A stretch of 64,000 bases of DNA from Squalus acanthias (taxonomy: Eukaryota): assembly GCA_030390025.1 (NCBI GenBank), contig JASTWF010000344.1, positions 186,001 to 250,000 of the forward strand, read 5' to 3'. The translations under genes were made by a program, and so were the position numbers. The notes beneath the pieces are model-generated. The model saw only the letters and a program-made list of their open reading frames with translations, did not search any database and had not been told where the DNA came from. Shown in pieces: positions 1 through 11,041 of this stretch (within the stretch, counting starts at the first letter, position 1; each line of letters begins with the position of its first letter).

Positions 1-1282
1 CCCTATCGCCATATCCCTTGATGCCCTTAATAGTCAGAAATCTATCGACTTCTGTTTTGAATATACTCAATGACTGAGCCTCCACAGCCCTCTGGGGTAG
101 AGAATTCCAAAGATTCACCACCCTCTGTGTGAAGAAATTTCTTCTCATCTCAGTCCTGAATGGCCTACCCTTTATCCTGAGGCTGTGGCACCTGGTTCTA
201 GACTCCCCAGCCAATGGAAACATTCTCCCAGCATCCACCCTATCAAGCCCTGTAATAATTTTGTATGCTTCAATGAGATCCCCTCTCATTCTTCTGAATT
301 CACGAGAATACAGGCCTAGTTTACTCAATTTCTTCTCATACGACAGTCCCGCCATCCCAGGAATCAATCTCATGAACCTTCGTTGCACTCCCTCAATGGC
401 AAGTATATCCTTCCTTAGGTAAGGAGACCAAAATTGTACACAGTACTCTCGGTGTGGTCTCACCAAGGCCATATATAATTGGAGTAAGACTTCTTTACTC
501 CTGTACTCAAATCCTCTTGTAATGAAGGCCAGCATACCATTTGCCTTCCTAATGGCTTGCTGCACATTCACTTTCAGTGACTCATGTACAAGGACACCCA
601 GGTCCCTTTGAGCATCTGCATTCCCCAATCTTTCACCATTTAGGAAATACTCTGCCTTTCTGTTTTTTCTACCAAAGTGGATAATTTCACATTTATCCAC
701 ATTATATTCCATCTGCCATGTTCTCGCCCACTCACTGAGCCTATCGAGATCCCCTTGAAGCCTCTTCACATCCTCTTCACAACTGACACTGCCACCTAGC
801 TTTGTATCATCATCAAATTTGGAAATGTTACATTTAGTCCCCTCATCCAAATCATTGATATAGATTGTGAATAGCTGGGGCCCAAGCACCGATCCTTGCG
901 GTACCCCACTAGCCACAGCCTGCCATCCTGAAAAAGACCCGTTTATCCCTACTCTTTGTTTTCTGTCTGTTAACCAATTCTCAATCCATGCTTGTATATT
1001 ACCCCCAATTCCATGTGCCCTAATTTTGTTCACCAACCTCTTGTGTGGGACCTTATCGAAGGCCTTCTGAAAATCCAAATACACCACATCTACTGGTTCC
1101 CCTTTGTCTACTCCACTAGTTACATCCTCAAAGAACTCCAATAGGTTTGTCAAACAGGACTTCCCTTTCATAAATCCATGTTGACTCTGCCCAATCTTAC
1201 TATTAGTTTCTAAGTGCCCAGTTATTGCATCCTTTATAATAGATTCCAGTATTTTCCCAACTACTGATGTGAGGCTAACAGG
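1..1282 (-). mobile_element. CR1 LINE fragment (ORF2 RT and C-terminal region)
   Basis: Reverse strand encodes the CR1 RT motifs [18 protein letters not shown] and RNFFTQRVV; runs off the window start. Confidence 0.9.
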
Positions 1283-3087
1283 TAGAGGACACTAAGAATA
1301 TCCCAACACTGGACAAACAGGGGGCTCTAGTGGGGGAGGAGCTAAATACGATTAAAATTACTAAGGAATTGGTACTCAGTAAAATAATGGGACTCAAGGC
1401 GGATAAATCCCCTGGACCTGATGGCTTACATCCTAGGGTCTTGAGGGAAGTGGCAGTAGGAATTGTGGATGCTTTAGTAATAATTTTCCAAAACTCCCTG
1501 AACTCAGCAAAGGTCCCGGCAGATTGGAAAACTGCTAATGTAACACCCTTATTTAAAAAGGGTTGTAGGCAGAAGGCTGGAAATTATAGACCAGTTAGCC
1601 TAACATCTGTGGTGGGTAAAATTTTGGAGTCTATTATTAAGGAGACAGTAATGGAACATTTAGATAAACATAATTTAATAGGACAAAGTCAGCATGGCTT
1701 TATGAAGGGGAAGTCATGTCTGACAAATTTGCTCGAGTTCTTTGAGGACATAACGTACAGGGTGGATAAAGGGGAACCAGTGGATGTAGTGTATTTAGAC
1801 TTCCAGAAGGCATTCGACAAGGTGCCACATAAAAGATTATGACTCAAGATAAAAAATCACTGGATTGGGGGTAATATTCTGGCATGGGTGGAGGATTGGT
1901 TATCTAACAGGAAGCAGAGAGTTGGGATAAATGGTTCATTCTCGGACTGGCAACCAGTAGCCAGTGGTGTTCCGCAGGGGTCGGTGCTGGGTCCCCAACT
2001 CTTTACAATCTATATTAACGATTTGGAGGAGGGGACCGAGTGTAACATATCAAAGTTTGCAGATGATACAAAGATGGGAGGGAAAGTAGAGAGTGAGGAG
2101 GACATAAAAAACCTACAAGGGGATATAGACAGGCTGGGTGAGTGGGCAGAGATTTGGCAGATGCAATACAATATTGGAAAATGTGAGGTTATGCACTTTG
2201 GCAGGAAAAATCAGAGAGCAAGTTATTATCTTAATGGCGAGAAACTGGAAAGTACTGCAGTACAAAGGGATCTGGGGGTCTTGGTGCAAGAAAATCAAAA
2301 AGTTAGTATGCAGGTGCAACAGGTGATCAAGAAAGCCAATGGAATGTTGGCTTTTATTGCTAGGGGGATAGAATATAAAAACAGGGAGGTATTGCTGCAG
2401 TTGTATAGGGTATTGGTGAGACCGCATCTGGAGTACTGCATACAGTTTTGGTGTCCATACTTAAGAAAAGACAAACTTGCTCTCGAGGCAGTACAAAGAA
2501 GGTTCACTCGGTTAATTCCGGGGATGAGGGGGTGGACATACGAGGAGAGGTTGAGTAGATTGGGACTCTACTCATTGGAGTTCAGAAGAATGAGAGGCGA
2601 TCTTATTGAAACATATAAGATTGTGAAGGGGCTTGATCGGGTGGACGAGGTGAGGATGTTCCCAATGATGGGTGAAACTAGAACTAGGGGACATAATCTT
2701 AGAATAAGGGGCTCCTCTTTCAAAACTGAGATGAGGAGAAACTTTTTCACTCAGAGGGTAGTGGGTCTGTGGAATTTGCTACCCCAGGAAGCTGTGGAAG
2801 CTACTTCATTAAATAAATTTAAAACAGAAATAGACCGTTTCCTAGAAGTAAAGGGAATCAGGGGTTATGGGGAGCGGGCTGGAAATTGGACATGAGTTTG
2901 AGTTCGGATCAGTCAAGGCCCTGTGGGTGGCGGAGCGGGCCCAGGGGCCGAGTGGCCTGCTCCTGCTTCTTGTGTTCTTTAGAGTTGAGGTTGGATCAGA
3001 TCAGCCATGATCTCATTGAATGGCGGAGCAGGCTCGAGGGGCAGATTGGTCTACTCCTGCTCCTAGTTCTTATGTTCTTATGTTCTT
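1283..3087 (+). mobile_element. 5'-truncated CR1 LINE, same subfamily as 10842-15106
   Basis: ORFs 1330-1842 and 1888-2895 nearly match the 870-aa ORF at 11042-13654; premature TGA at 1840-1842; double 3' tail ending (TTCTTATG)n. Confidence 0.95.
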
Positions 3088-4126
3088 AAACGGGTCTTTT
3101 TCAGGATGGCAGGCTGTGGCTGGTGGGGTACCGCAAGGATCGGTGCTTGGGCCCCAGCTATTCACAATCTATATCAATGATTTGGATGAGGGGACTAAAT
3201 GTAACACTTCCAAATTTGCTGATGACACAAAGCTAGGTGGCAGTGTCACTTGTGAAGAGGATGAGAAGAGGCTTCAAGGGGATCTCGACAGGCTCAGTGA
3301 GTGGACAAGAACATGGCTGATGGAATATAATGTGGATAAATGTGAAGTTATCCACTTTGGTAGAAAAAACAGAAAGGCAGAGTATTTCCTAAATGGTGAA
3401 AGATTGGGGAATGCAGATGCTCAAAGGGACCTGGGTGTCCTTGTACTTGAGTCACTGAAAGTGAATGTGCAGGTGCAGCAAGCCATTAGGAAGGCAAATG
3501 GTATGCTGGCCTTCATTACAAGAGGATTTGAGTACAGGAGTAAAGAAGTCTTACTCCAATTATATAGGGCCTTGGTGAGACCACACCTGGAGTACTGTGT
3601 ACAATTTTGGTCTCCTTACCTAAGGAAGGATATACTTGCCGAAGGTTCATGAGATAGATTCCTGGGATGGCGGGACTCTCGTATGAGAAGAGACTGAGTA
3701 AACTAGGCCTGTATTCTCTTGAATTCAGAAGAATGAGAGGGGATCTCATTGAAGCATACAAAATTATTACAGGGCTTGATGGGGTGGATGCTGGGAGAAT
3801 GTTTCCCTTGGCTGGGGAGTCTAGAACCAGGGTCCACAGCCTCAGGATAAAGGGTAGGCCATTCAGGACTGAGATGAGAAGAAATTTCTTCACACAGAGG
3901 GTGGTGAATCTTTGGAATTCTCTACCCCAGAGGGCTGTGGAGGCTCAGTCATTGGGTATATTCAAAACAGAAGTCGCTAGATTTCTGACTAGTAAGGGCA
4001 TCAAGGAATATGGCAATAAGGCCAGTGAATGGAATTGAGGCAGAAGATCAGCCATGATCTTATTGAATGGCAGAGCAGGCTCGAAGGGCCGAATGACCGA
4101 CTCCTGCTTCTATTTCTTATGTTCTT
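3088..4126 (+). mobile_element. 5'-truncated CR1 LINE, close relative of 1-1282 in inverted orientation
   Basis: RT ORF pieces within 3020-3652 and 3667-4038; CR1 3' tail near 4045-4126. Confidence 0.9.
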
Positions 4127-4971
4127 ACTAAGTGAGTGGGCAGGAAGGTGGCAGATGGAGTATAATGTAGGGAAATGTGAGGTTATTCACTTTGGGAGGA
4201 AGAATAGAAAAACAGAATATTTTTTAAATGGTGAGAAACTTTCAAATGCTGGTGTTCAGAGAGATTTGGGGGTCCTCGTACAAGAAACACAGAAAGCTAG
4301 CATGCAGGTACAGCAAGCAATAAGGAAGGCAAATGACATGTTGGTCTTTATTGCAAGGGGGTTGGACTATAACAGTAAGAAAGTCTTGCTACAATTGTAC
4401 AGGGCCTTGGTGAGACCACACCTGGAGTATTGTGCACAGTTTTGGTCTCCTTATCTAAGGAAGGATATACTTGCCTTGGAGGCGGTGCAACAAAGGTTCA
4501 CTAGATTGATTCCTGGGATGAGAGGGCTGTCCTATGATGAGAGAGAGTGTAGAATGGGCCTATACTCTCTGGAGTTTAGAAGAATGAGAGGTGATCTCAT
4601 TGAAACGTACAAGATTCTGAAGGGGATTGACAGGGTAGATGCTGAGAGGTTGTTTCCCCTGGCTGGAGTGTCTAGAACTAGGGGGCATAGTCTCAGGATA
4701 AGGGGTCGGCCATTTAAGACCAAGATGAGGAGGAATTTCCTCACTCAGAGGGTTGTGAATTTGTGGAATTCTCTGCCCCAGAGGGCTGTGGATGCTGAGT
4801 CTTTGAGTATATTCAAGGCTGAGATAGATTTTTGGACTCCAGGGGAATCAAGGGATATGGAGATCGGGCGGGAAAGTGGAGTTGATGTCGATGATCAGCA
4901 ATGATTTTATTGAATGGCGGAGCAGGCTAGAGGGGCCATATGGCCCACTCCTCTTATTTCTTATGTTCTTA
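4127..4971 (+). mobile_element. 5'-truncated CR1 LINE
   Basis: LSEWAGRWQMEYNVGKC...RNFLTQRVV followed by a CR1 3' tail. Confidence 0.9.
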
Positions 4972-4989
4972 TCTTACTCCTCTTGAATA

Positions 4990-5105
4990 GTGAGAGTCTT
5001 GAGGTCTTCTGTACCAACCTGAACAGGCAGACGGGACCTCCATTGAACGTCTCACCTGAAAGACAGCATCTCCAACCAATGCAGCACTCCCTCAATGCTG
5101 CACTA
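4990..5105 (-). mobile_element. Degenerate Deu-domain SINE fragment
   Basis: aacgtctcacctgaaagac...gcagcactccctca resembles 9655-9705. Confidence 0.6.
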
Positions 5106-5613
5106 ATTTTAGGACTAATGGAAGAATTTGCTTATACAAATAATAATCAAGACTTGGGTAGGATGGTATCCCTTTGCAGACTCTTTGTGTTTATAGTTCA
5201 TAGAAATTTACAGAACGGAAGGAGGCCATTCAGCCCATCGAGTCCACGCCGGTCGACAAAGAGCTATCCGGCCTAATCCCACTTGCCAGCTCTTGGTCCG
5301 TAGCCTTGTAGGTTATGGCACTTCAAGTACACATCCAAGTTCTTTTTGAATGTGGTGAGAGTTTCTGCCTCTACCACCCTTTCAGGCAGTGAGTTCCAGA
5401 CCCCCACCACCTTTTGGGTGAAAAAATTTCCCCTCATATCCCCTCTAAACCTCCTACCTTTTACTTTAAATCTATGTCCCCTGATTATTGACCCCTCTGC
5501 CAAGGGAAACAGTTCCTTCCTATGCACTCTATCTAGGCCCCTCATAATTTTATACACAATAGGTCTCCCCTCAGCTTCCTCTGTTCCAAAGAAAACAACC
5601 CCAGCCTCTCCAA

Positions 5614-5838
5614 AACAACAACAGAAAACGCTGGAAAAACTCAGCAGGCCAGGCAGCATCCGTGGAGAGAGAAACAGAGTTAACGTTTCAGGTCGAAACC
5701 CTTCGTCTGACGAAAGGTCTTCGACCTGAAACGTTAACTCTGTTTCTCTCTCCACGGATGCTGCCTGGCCTGCTGAGTTTTTCCAGCGTTTTCTGTTGTT
5801 GTTTTGGATTTCCAGCATCCGCAGTATTTTGCTATCGT
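5614..5838. mobile_element. Palindromic mini-element of inverted Penelope-like 3' ends
   Basis: Near-perfect ~95-bp inverted arms centred near 5708; arms match the PLE 3' end at 60144-60240; 14-bp duplication CCCAGCCTCTCCAA at 5600-5613 and 5839-5852. Confidence 0.85.
5707..5739 (+). ncRNA. Minimal type I hammerhead ribozyme core (5' strand of stem I lost)
   Basis: CTGACGA - stem II AGGTC/GACCT - GAAA - palindromic ACGT - T. Confidence 0.6.
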
Positions 5839-6003
5839 CCCAGCCTCTCCAATCTTTCCTCATAGCTAAAATTCTCCAGTCCAGGCAAGATCCTCGTAAA
5901 TCTCCTCTGTACCCTCTCTGGTGCAATCACATCTTTCCTGTAATGTGGTGACCAGAACTGCACGCAGTACTCTAGCTGAGGCCGAACTAACGTTTTATAC
6001 AGT

Positions 6004-6967
6004 CCTTTGCTGTTTGTAGTGTACATTAATGATTTAGATATGAATGTAGGAGGTATGATCAGTAAGTTCGCAGATGACACGAAAATTGATGGAGTGGTAA
6101 ATAGCGAGGAGGGAAGCCTCAGGCTACAGGACGATATAGACGGGTTGGTTAGATGGGCAGAACAGTGGCAAATGGAATTTAACCCTGAAAAGTGTGAGGT
6201 GATGCATTTTGGGAGGACTAACAAGGCAAGGGAATACACAATGAATGGCAGGACCCTAGGAAGGACAGAGGATCAGAGGGACCTTGGTGTGCATGTACAT
6301 AGATCTCTGAAGGCAGCAGGACAGGTAGATAAGGTGGTTAAAAAGGCATATGGGATACTTGCCTTCATTAGCCGAGGCATAGAATATAAGAGCAGGGAGG
6401 TTATGATGGAGCTGTACAAAACGCTAGTTAGGCCACAGCTGGAATACTGTGTGCAGTTCTGGTCGCCACACTATAGGAAGGATGTGATTGCATTGGAGAG
6501 GGTGCAGAGGAGATTCACCAGGATGTTACCTGGGCTGGAGCGCTTCAGCTATGAAGAGAGACTGGACAGGCTGGGGTTGTTTTCCTCAGAGCAGAGTAGG
6601 CTGAGGGGGGACCTGATTGAGGTGTACAAAATTATGATAGGGGAGATAGAAAGGAACTTTTCCCGTTAGTAGAGGGGTCAATAACCAGGGGCATAGTTTC
6701 AAGGTAAGGGGCAGGAGGTTTAGAGGGGATTTGAGGAAAAACTTTTTCACCCAGAGGGTGGTTGGAATCTGGAACTCACTGCCTGAAAGGGTGGTAGAGG
6801 CAGGAACCCTCACAACATTCAAGAAGCATTTAGATGAGCACTTGGTCCGTAGCCTTGTATGCTATGGCGTTTCAAGTGCTGGAAAATGGGATTAGAATAG
6901 ACAGGGCTTGATGGCCGGTGTGGACACGATGGGCCGAAGGGCCTCTTTCTGTGCTGTATAACTCTAT
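6004..6967 (+). mobile_element. 5'-truncated CR1 LINE
   Basis: ORF 6007-6669 (YINDLD, KFADDTK) plus 3' tail; contains a 28-bp micro-inversion. Confidence 0.9.
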
Positions 6968-7862
6968 AGGGTAAAAATTCAGTTGGTTGCGCCTCCCGTT
7001 AGCGCCTTAAGAGGGCGCTAATGGGGCACAAAGCCGCTAACGCCCGGGCGCAGCGATGTTTGCGCCGCTCGGGAACTTAACTAGAGATTGTGCGGCGGCG
7101 CTAAACTTTACCGCTGCGACCACCTGCGCGCGCAGATTGTGACGTCATTCCATGGTGCAACGCCCTTGTGGTGCCCCGGAGCGGAAATTGAGTGGCGCCC
7201 CCTGCCTTACCGCCTGGCGCATCCAACGACCAGAAGACTGGAACGCTATCAATCGCTGTGGGGCTGGGGGGGGGGCGCTATTTAAAGGGGGCCTCTTCCT
7301 GTCTTTTATTGTTGGTGGCATTTTTGAACTACGCATTCTGAGAGAGAGAGGGAGAGACTTCTGGAGAGATTCAACGTTGTGTGAAGGAGTTTTGGGTACT
7401 GAGCAGCACTTTGCAGGTTCATTTTGATTTGCCATTCCTTGTATCGATTTAGCAGAGACTGTGGGAGCTGCACTCTGAGCTCTTTGCCTGGTACTCTCCA
7501 TTGTTCTTTCCAGCACATTTGATGTGCAAGTCTCTCCAGGCCGAGATTCAAGACTGCAATGAACAGGATGTGGATGGAAAGCAAGATTAACCATCCCCTT
7601 TAAGAACTGGCCCGTGCCATTGTGTGTGTGTTCCATTGCTGACTGACATTACATGAGCTTCGCCAGCGCTCTGAGGTAGCGCCTCACTCCTTGGCCTTTG
7701 CGCCTTAAGACAGGTGTGCAGCGCCTGATTTAGCGCTCCACTCACCTCCCGGGGCGGTAAAAGTGAAGTTTCCAGTCAGTGCCGATAATTAGCGCCAGGC
7801 GCTAATATTTGCGTCCAGACGATATTTGCGCCCCAAATGGGGCGCGACCTAATTTTTCCCCC
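6968..7862. mobile_element. Non-autonomous PIF/Harbinger-like transposon
   Basis: TIRs AGGGTAAAAATT / AATTTTTCCCCC, 3-bp TSD TAT, repeated TTAGCGCC motifs; right end resembles 21600-21706. Confidence 0.75.
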
Positions 7863-7870
7863 TATGACTC

Positions 7871-8912
7871 TAAGCATAACCTCCCTGCTCTTATATTCTA
7901 TGCCTTGGCTAATATAGGAAAGTATCCCGCATGCTTTCTTAACCACCTTATCTACCTGTCCTGCTACCTTCAGGGATCTGTGGACATGCACTCCAAGGTC
8001 CCTCTGTTCCTCTGCACGTATCAATGTTCTACCATTTATTGTGTATTTCCCTTTCCTTGTTAGCCCTCCCCAAATGCATTACCTCGCACTTCTCCGGATT
8101 GAATTCCATTTGCCACTGTTCTGCCCACCTGACCAGTCCATTGATATTTTCCTGCAGTCTGCAGCTTTCTTCTTCATTATCCACCGCAGGGCCAATTTTT
8201 GTGTCATCTGCAAACTTCTTAATCATACCCCCTACATTCAAGTCTAAATCATTGATATATATCACAAAAAACAAGGGACCTAGTACTGAGCCCTGCGGAA
8301 CCCCACTGGAAACAGCCTTCCAGTCACAAAAACACCCATCGACCATAACCTTTTGCTTCCTACTTTATTTATCCTGTCTCTCAGAATTTTTTCCAATAAT
8401 TTTCCCACCACCGAGGTTAGGCTGACTGGCCTGTAATTACTCGGTCTATCCCTTTCTCCCTTTTTAAACAACTCCTCACAGCTTACCGTCCCACCTAGCT
8501 TTGTATCATCAGCAAACTTGGATACATTACACTCGGTCCCTTCATCTAGGTCATTAATATAGATTGTAAATAGCTGAGGCCCCAACACTGATCCTTGCGG
8601 CACCCCACTAGTTACAGCCTGCCAACCTGAAAAAGATCTATTTATCCCTACTCTCTCTTTTCTGTCCGTTAACCAACCTCTATCCATGCTACTATATTAC
8701 CCCCAACCCCATGAGCCCTAATCTTGTGTAATAACCTTTTATGTGGCACCTTATCGAATGCCTTTTAGAAATCCAAATATACTACATCCACTGGTTCCCC
8801 TTTATCTACCCTGCTAGTTACATCCTCAAAAAACTCTAATAATTTTGTCAAACATGATTTTCCTTTCATAAAACCATGTTGACTCTGCCTGATCCTGTTA
8901 TGATTTTCTGAG
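7871..8912 (-). mobile_element. Juxtaposed CR1 RT fragments
   Basis: ORFs 8029-8346 and 8280-8687 carry [10 protein letters not shown] and KFADDTK; chimeric junctions near 8360 and 8470. Confidence 0.85.
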
Positions 8913-9135
8913 TGAGTAAGGGAGTTCTCCTGGTGTCCTGGCCAAGATTATTCCCTCCTTCAACAAAATAGTTATTGGTCATTCGCAGACTTGCTGTTTG
9001 TGGAATCTTGCTGTGTGCAAATTGGCTGCTACATTGGCTTACACAACAGTGACGACACTACATTAATTCATTGAGTGTGACGGTTAGGGTGGTCTTGCGG
9101 GTGTGATAAGTGTTGAATAAATGCAAGTTCTTATT
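8913..9135 (+). mobile_element. Deu-SINE 3' half
   Basis: gggagttctcctggtgtcctggcc...ttgctgtgtgcaaattggctgc...ataaatgcaagt parallels 38120-38340. Confidence 0.7.
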
Positions 9136-9144
9136 TACATTCAG

Positions 9145-9816
9145 AAAAAAAGACTTATATTTACCTTTGGCATTCTCTACCCCAGAGGGCTCAGTCGTTG
9201 AGTATATTCAAGGCTGAGATCAATAGATTTTTGGGTACTAAGGGAATCAAGGGATATGAGGATAGGGCAGGAAAGTGGAGTTGATGTAGAAGTTCAGCCA
9301 TGATCTTATTGAATGGCGGAGCAGGCTCGAAGGGCCGAATGGCCCACTCCTGCTCCTATTTCTTCTGTTCTTAGATAGCGCTTTTCACGACCTCAGGACA
9401 TCCCAAAGCTCTTTACAGCCAATTAAGTACTTGTTTGAAGTGCAGTCACTGTTGTAGGAAACACGGCAACCGATTGGCACACAGCAAGATCCCATGAACA
9501 GCAATGTGATAATGAGCAGATAATCTGTTTTAGTAATGTTGATTGAGGGATAAATATTGGGCCCAGGACACCCCTGAGAACGCCCCTGCTCTTCTTCGTA
9601 TAGTGGCCACGGGATCTTTTACGTCTACCTGAGAGAGCAGGCAGGGCCTCGGTTTAACGTCTCATCCGAAAGACGGCGCCTCCGACAGTGCAGCACTCCC
9701 TCAGTACTGCTCTGGAGTGTCAGGCTGGATTTTGTGCTCAGGTCTCTGGCGTGGGGATTGAACCCACAACCTTCTGACTCAGGCGAGAGTGCGACTCACT
9801 GAGGCACGGCTGGCAG
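9145..9816 (-). mobile_element. SacSINE1-like Deu-SINE with a CR1 3' end (9165-9372, +) inserted in its tail
   Basis: tRNA-like head with B box GGGTTCAATCCC, Deu core CAGTACTGAGGGAGTGCTGCACTGTCGGAGG, L2-like tail. Confidence 0.85.
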
Positions 9817-9819
9817 TGA

Positions 9820-10506
9820 TACCCTCGATCAAGTTGGTTAAACACGATTTGCCTTTAACAAATCCATGCTGGCTTTCCTTAATTAATCCACACTTGTCCA
9901 AGTGACTGTTAATTTTGTCCCTGATTATTGTTTCTAAAAGCTTCCCCACTACCGAGGTTAAACTGACTGGCCTGTAGTTGCTGGGCTTATCTTTACACCC
10001 TTTTTTGAACAAGGGTGTAACATTTGCAATTCTTCAGTCCTCTGGCACCACCCCCATTTCTAAGGAGGATTGGAAGATTATGGCCAGTACCTCCACAATT
10101 TCTTCCTTCACTTCCCTCAGCATCCTAGAATGCATCCCTTCTGGTCCTGGTGACTTATCTAATTTAAGTACAGCCAGCCTTTCTAGTACTTCCTCTATCA
10201 ATTTTTATCCAATCCAGTATTTCCTCTACCTCCTCCTTCAATATGTCTATGGCAGCATCTTCTTCCTTGGTAAAGACAGATGCAAAGTACTCATTTAGCA
10301 CCTCAGCTATACCCTCTGCCTCCATGCGTAGCTCTCCTTTTTGGTCCCTAATCAGCCCCACCCCTCCTCTTACTACCTGTTTGCTATTTATATCCCTATA
10401 GAAGACTTTTGGGTTACCTTTTATGTTAGCTGCCATTCTATTCTCATACCCTCTCTTTGCCCCCCCTTATTTTCATTTTCACGTCTCCTCTGAACTTTCT
10501 ATATTT
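9820..10506 (-). mobile_element. CR1 ORF2 middle piece, continuation of 16362-18758
   Basis: Reading ...ENQDKY (16362) continues as RKFRGDVK (10500); TATATTT present at both junctions. Confidence 0.8.
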
Positions 10507-10841
10507 GCCAGTACTGGAGAAATTAATGGGACTGAAAGCCGATAAATCCCCTGGACCTGATGGCCTATATCCTAGGGTTTTGAAAGAGGTGGCTATAGAG
10601 ATAGTGGATGCATTGGTTGTCATTTTCCAAAATTCCATAGATTCTAGAATGGTTCCCGCGGATTGGAAGGTAGCAAATGTAACCCCACTATTTAAGAAAG
10701 GAGGAAGAGAGATAACAGGGAACTACAGCCCAGTTAGCCTGACATCAGTAGTAGGGAAAATGCTAGAATCTATTATTAAGGACGTCGTAACAGGGCACTT
10801 AGAAAATAATACAGTAATAGGATTGGGCAGAGACGGATTTA
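10507..10841 (+). mobile_element. CR1 5' piece, resumes at 15107
   Basis: VLEKLMGLKADKSPGPDG...GF breaks at 10841 and resumes as KGKSCLTNL at ~15107. Confidence 0.85.
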
Positions 10842-11041
10842 TAAGAACATAAGAACATAAGAAATAGGAGCAGGAGTAGGCCAATCGGCCCTTCGAGCCT
10901 GCTCCGCCATTCAATAAGATCGTGGCTGATCTGATCCTCACCTCAAATCTAAAGAACACAAGAAGTAGGAGCAGGACCCGGCCACTCAGCCCCTGGGCCC
11001 GCTACGCCACCCACAGGGCCTCGACCGATCCGAACTCAGCC

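Larger units (their letters stand above)
5198..6003 (-). mobile_element. CR1 LINE 3' fragment interrupted by a Penelope-derived hairpin
   Basis: LYKTLVRPQLEYCVQFWSPHY and GNFFTQKVVGVWNSLP on the minus strand. Confidence 0.9.

Noticed and set aside
129..422. Recurrent MKKFLLISVL... ORFs resembling signal peptides
   Set aside because: Antisense shadow of the CR1 ORF2 C-terminus, repeated at many copies
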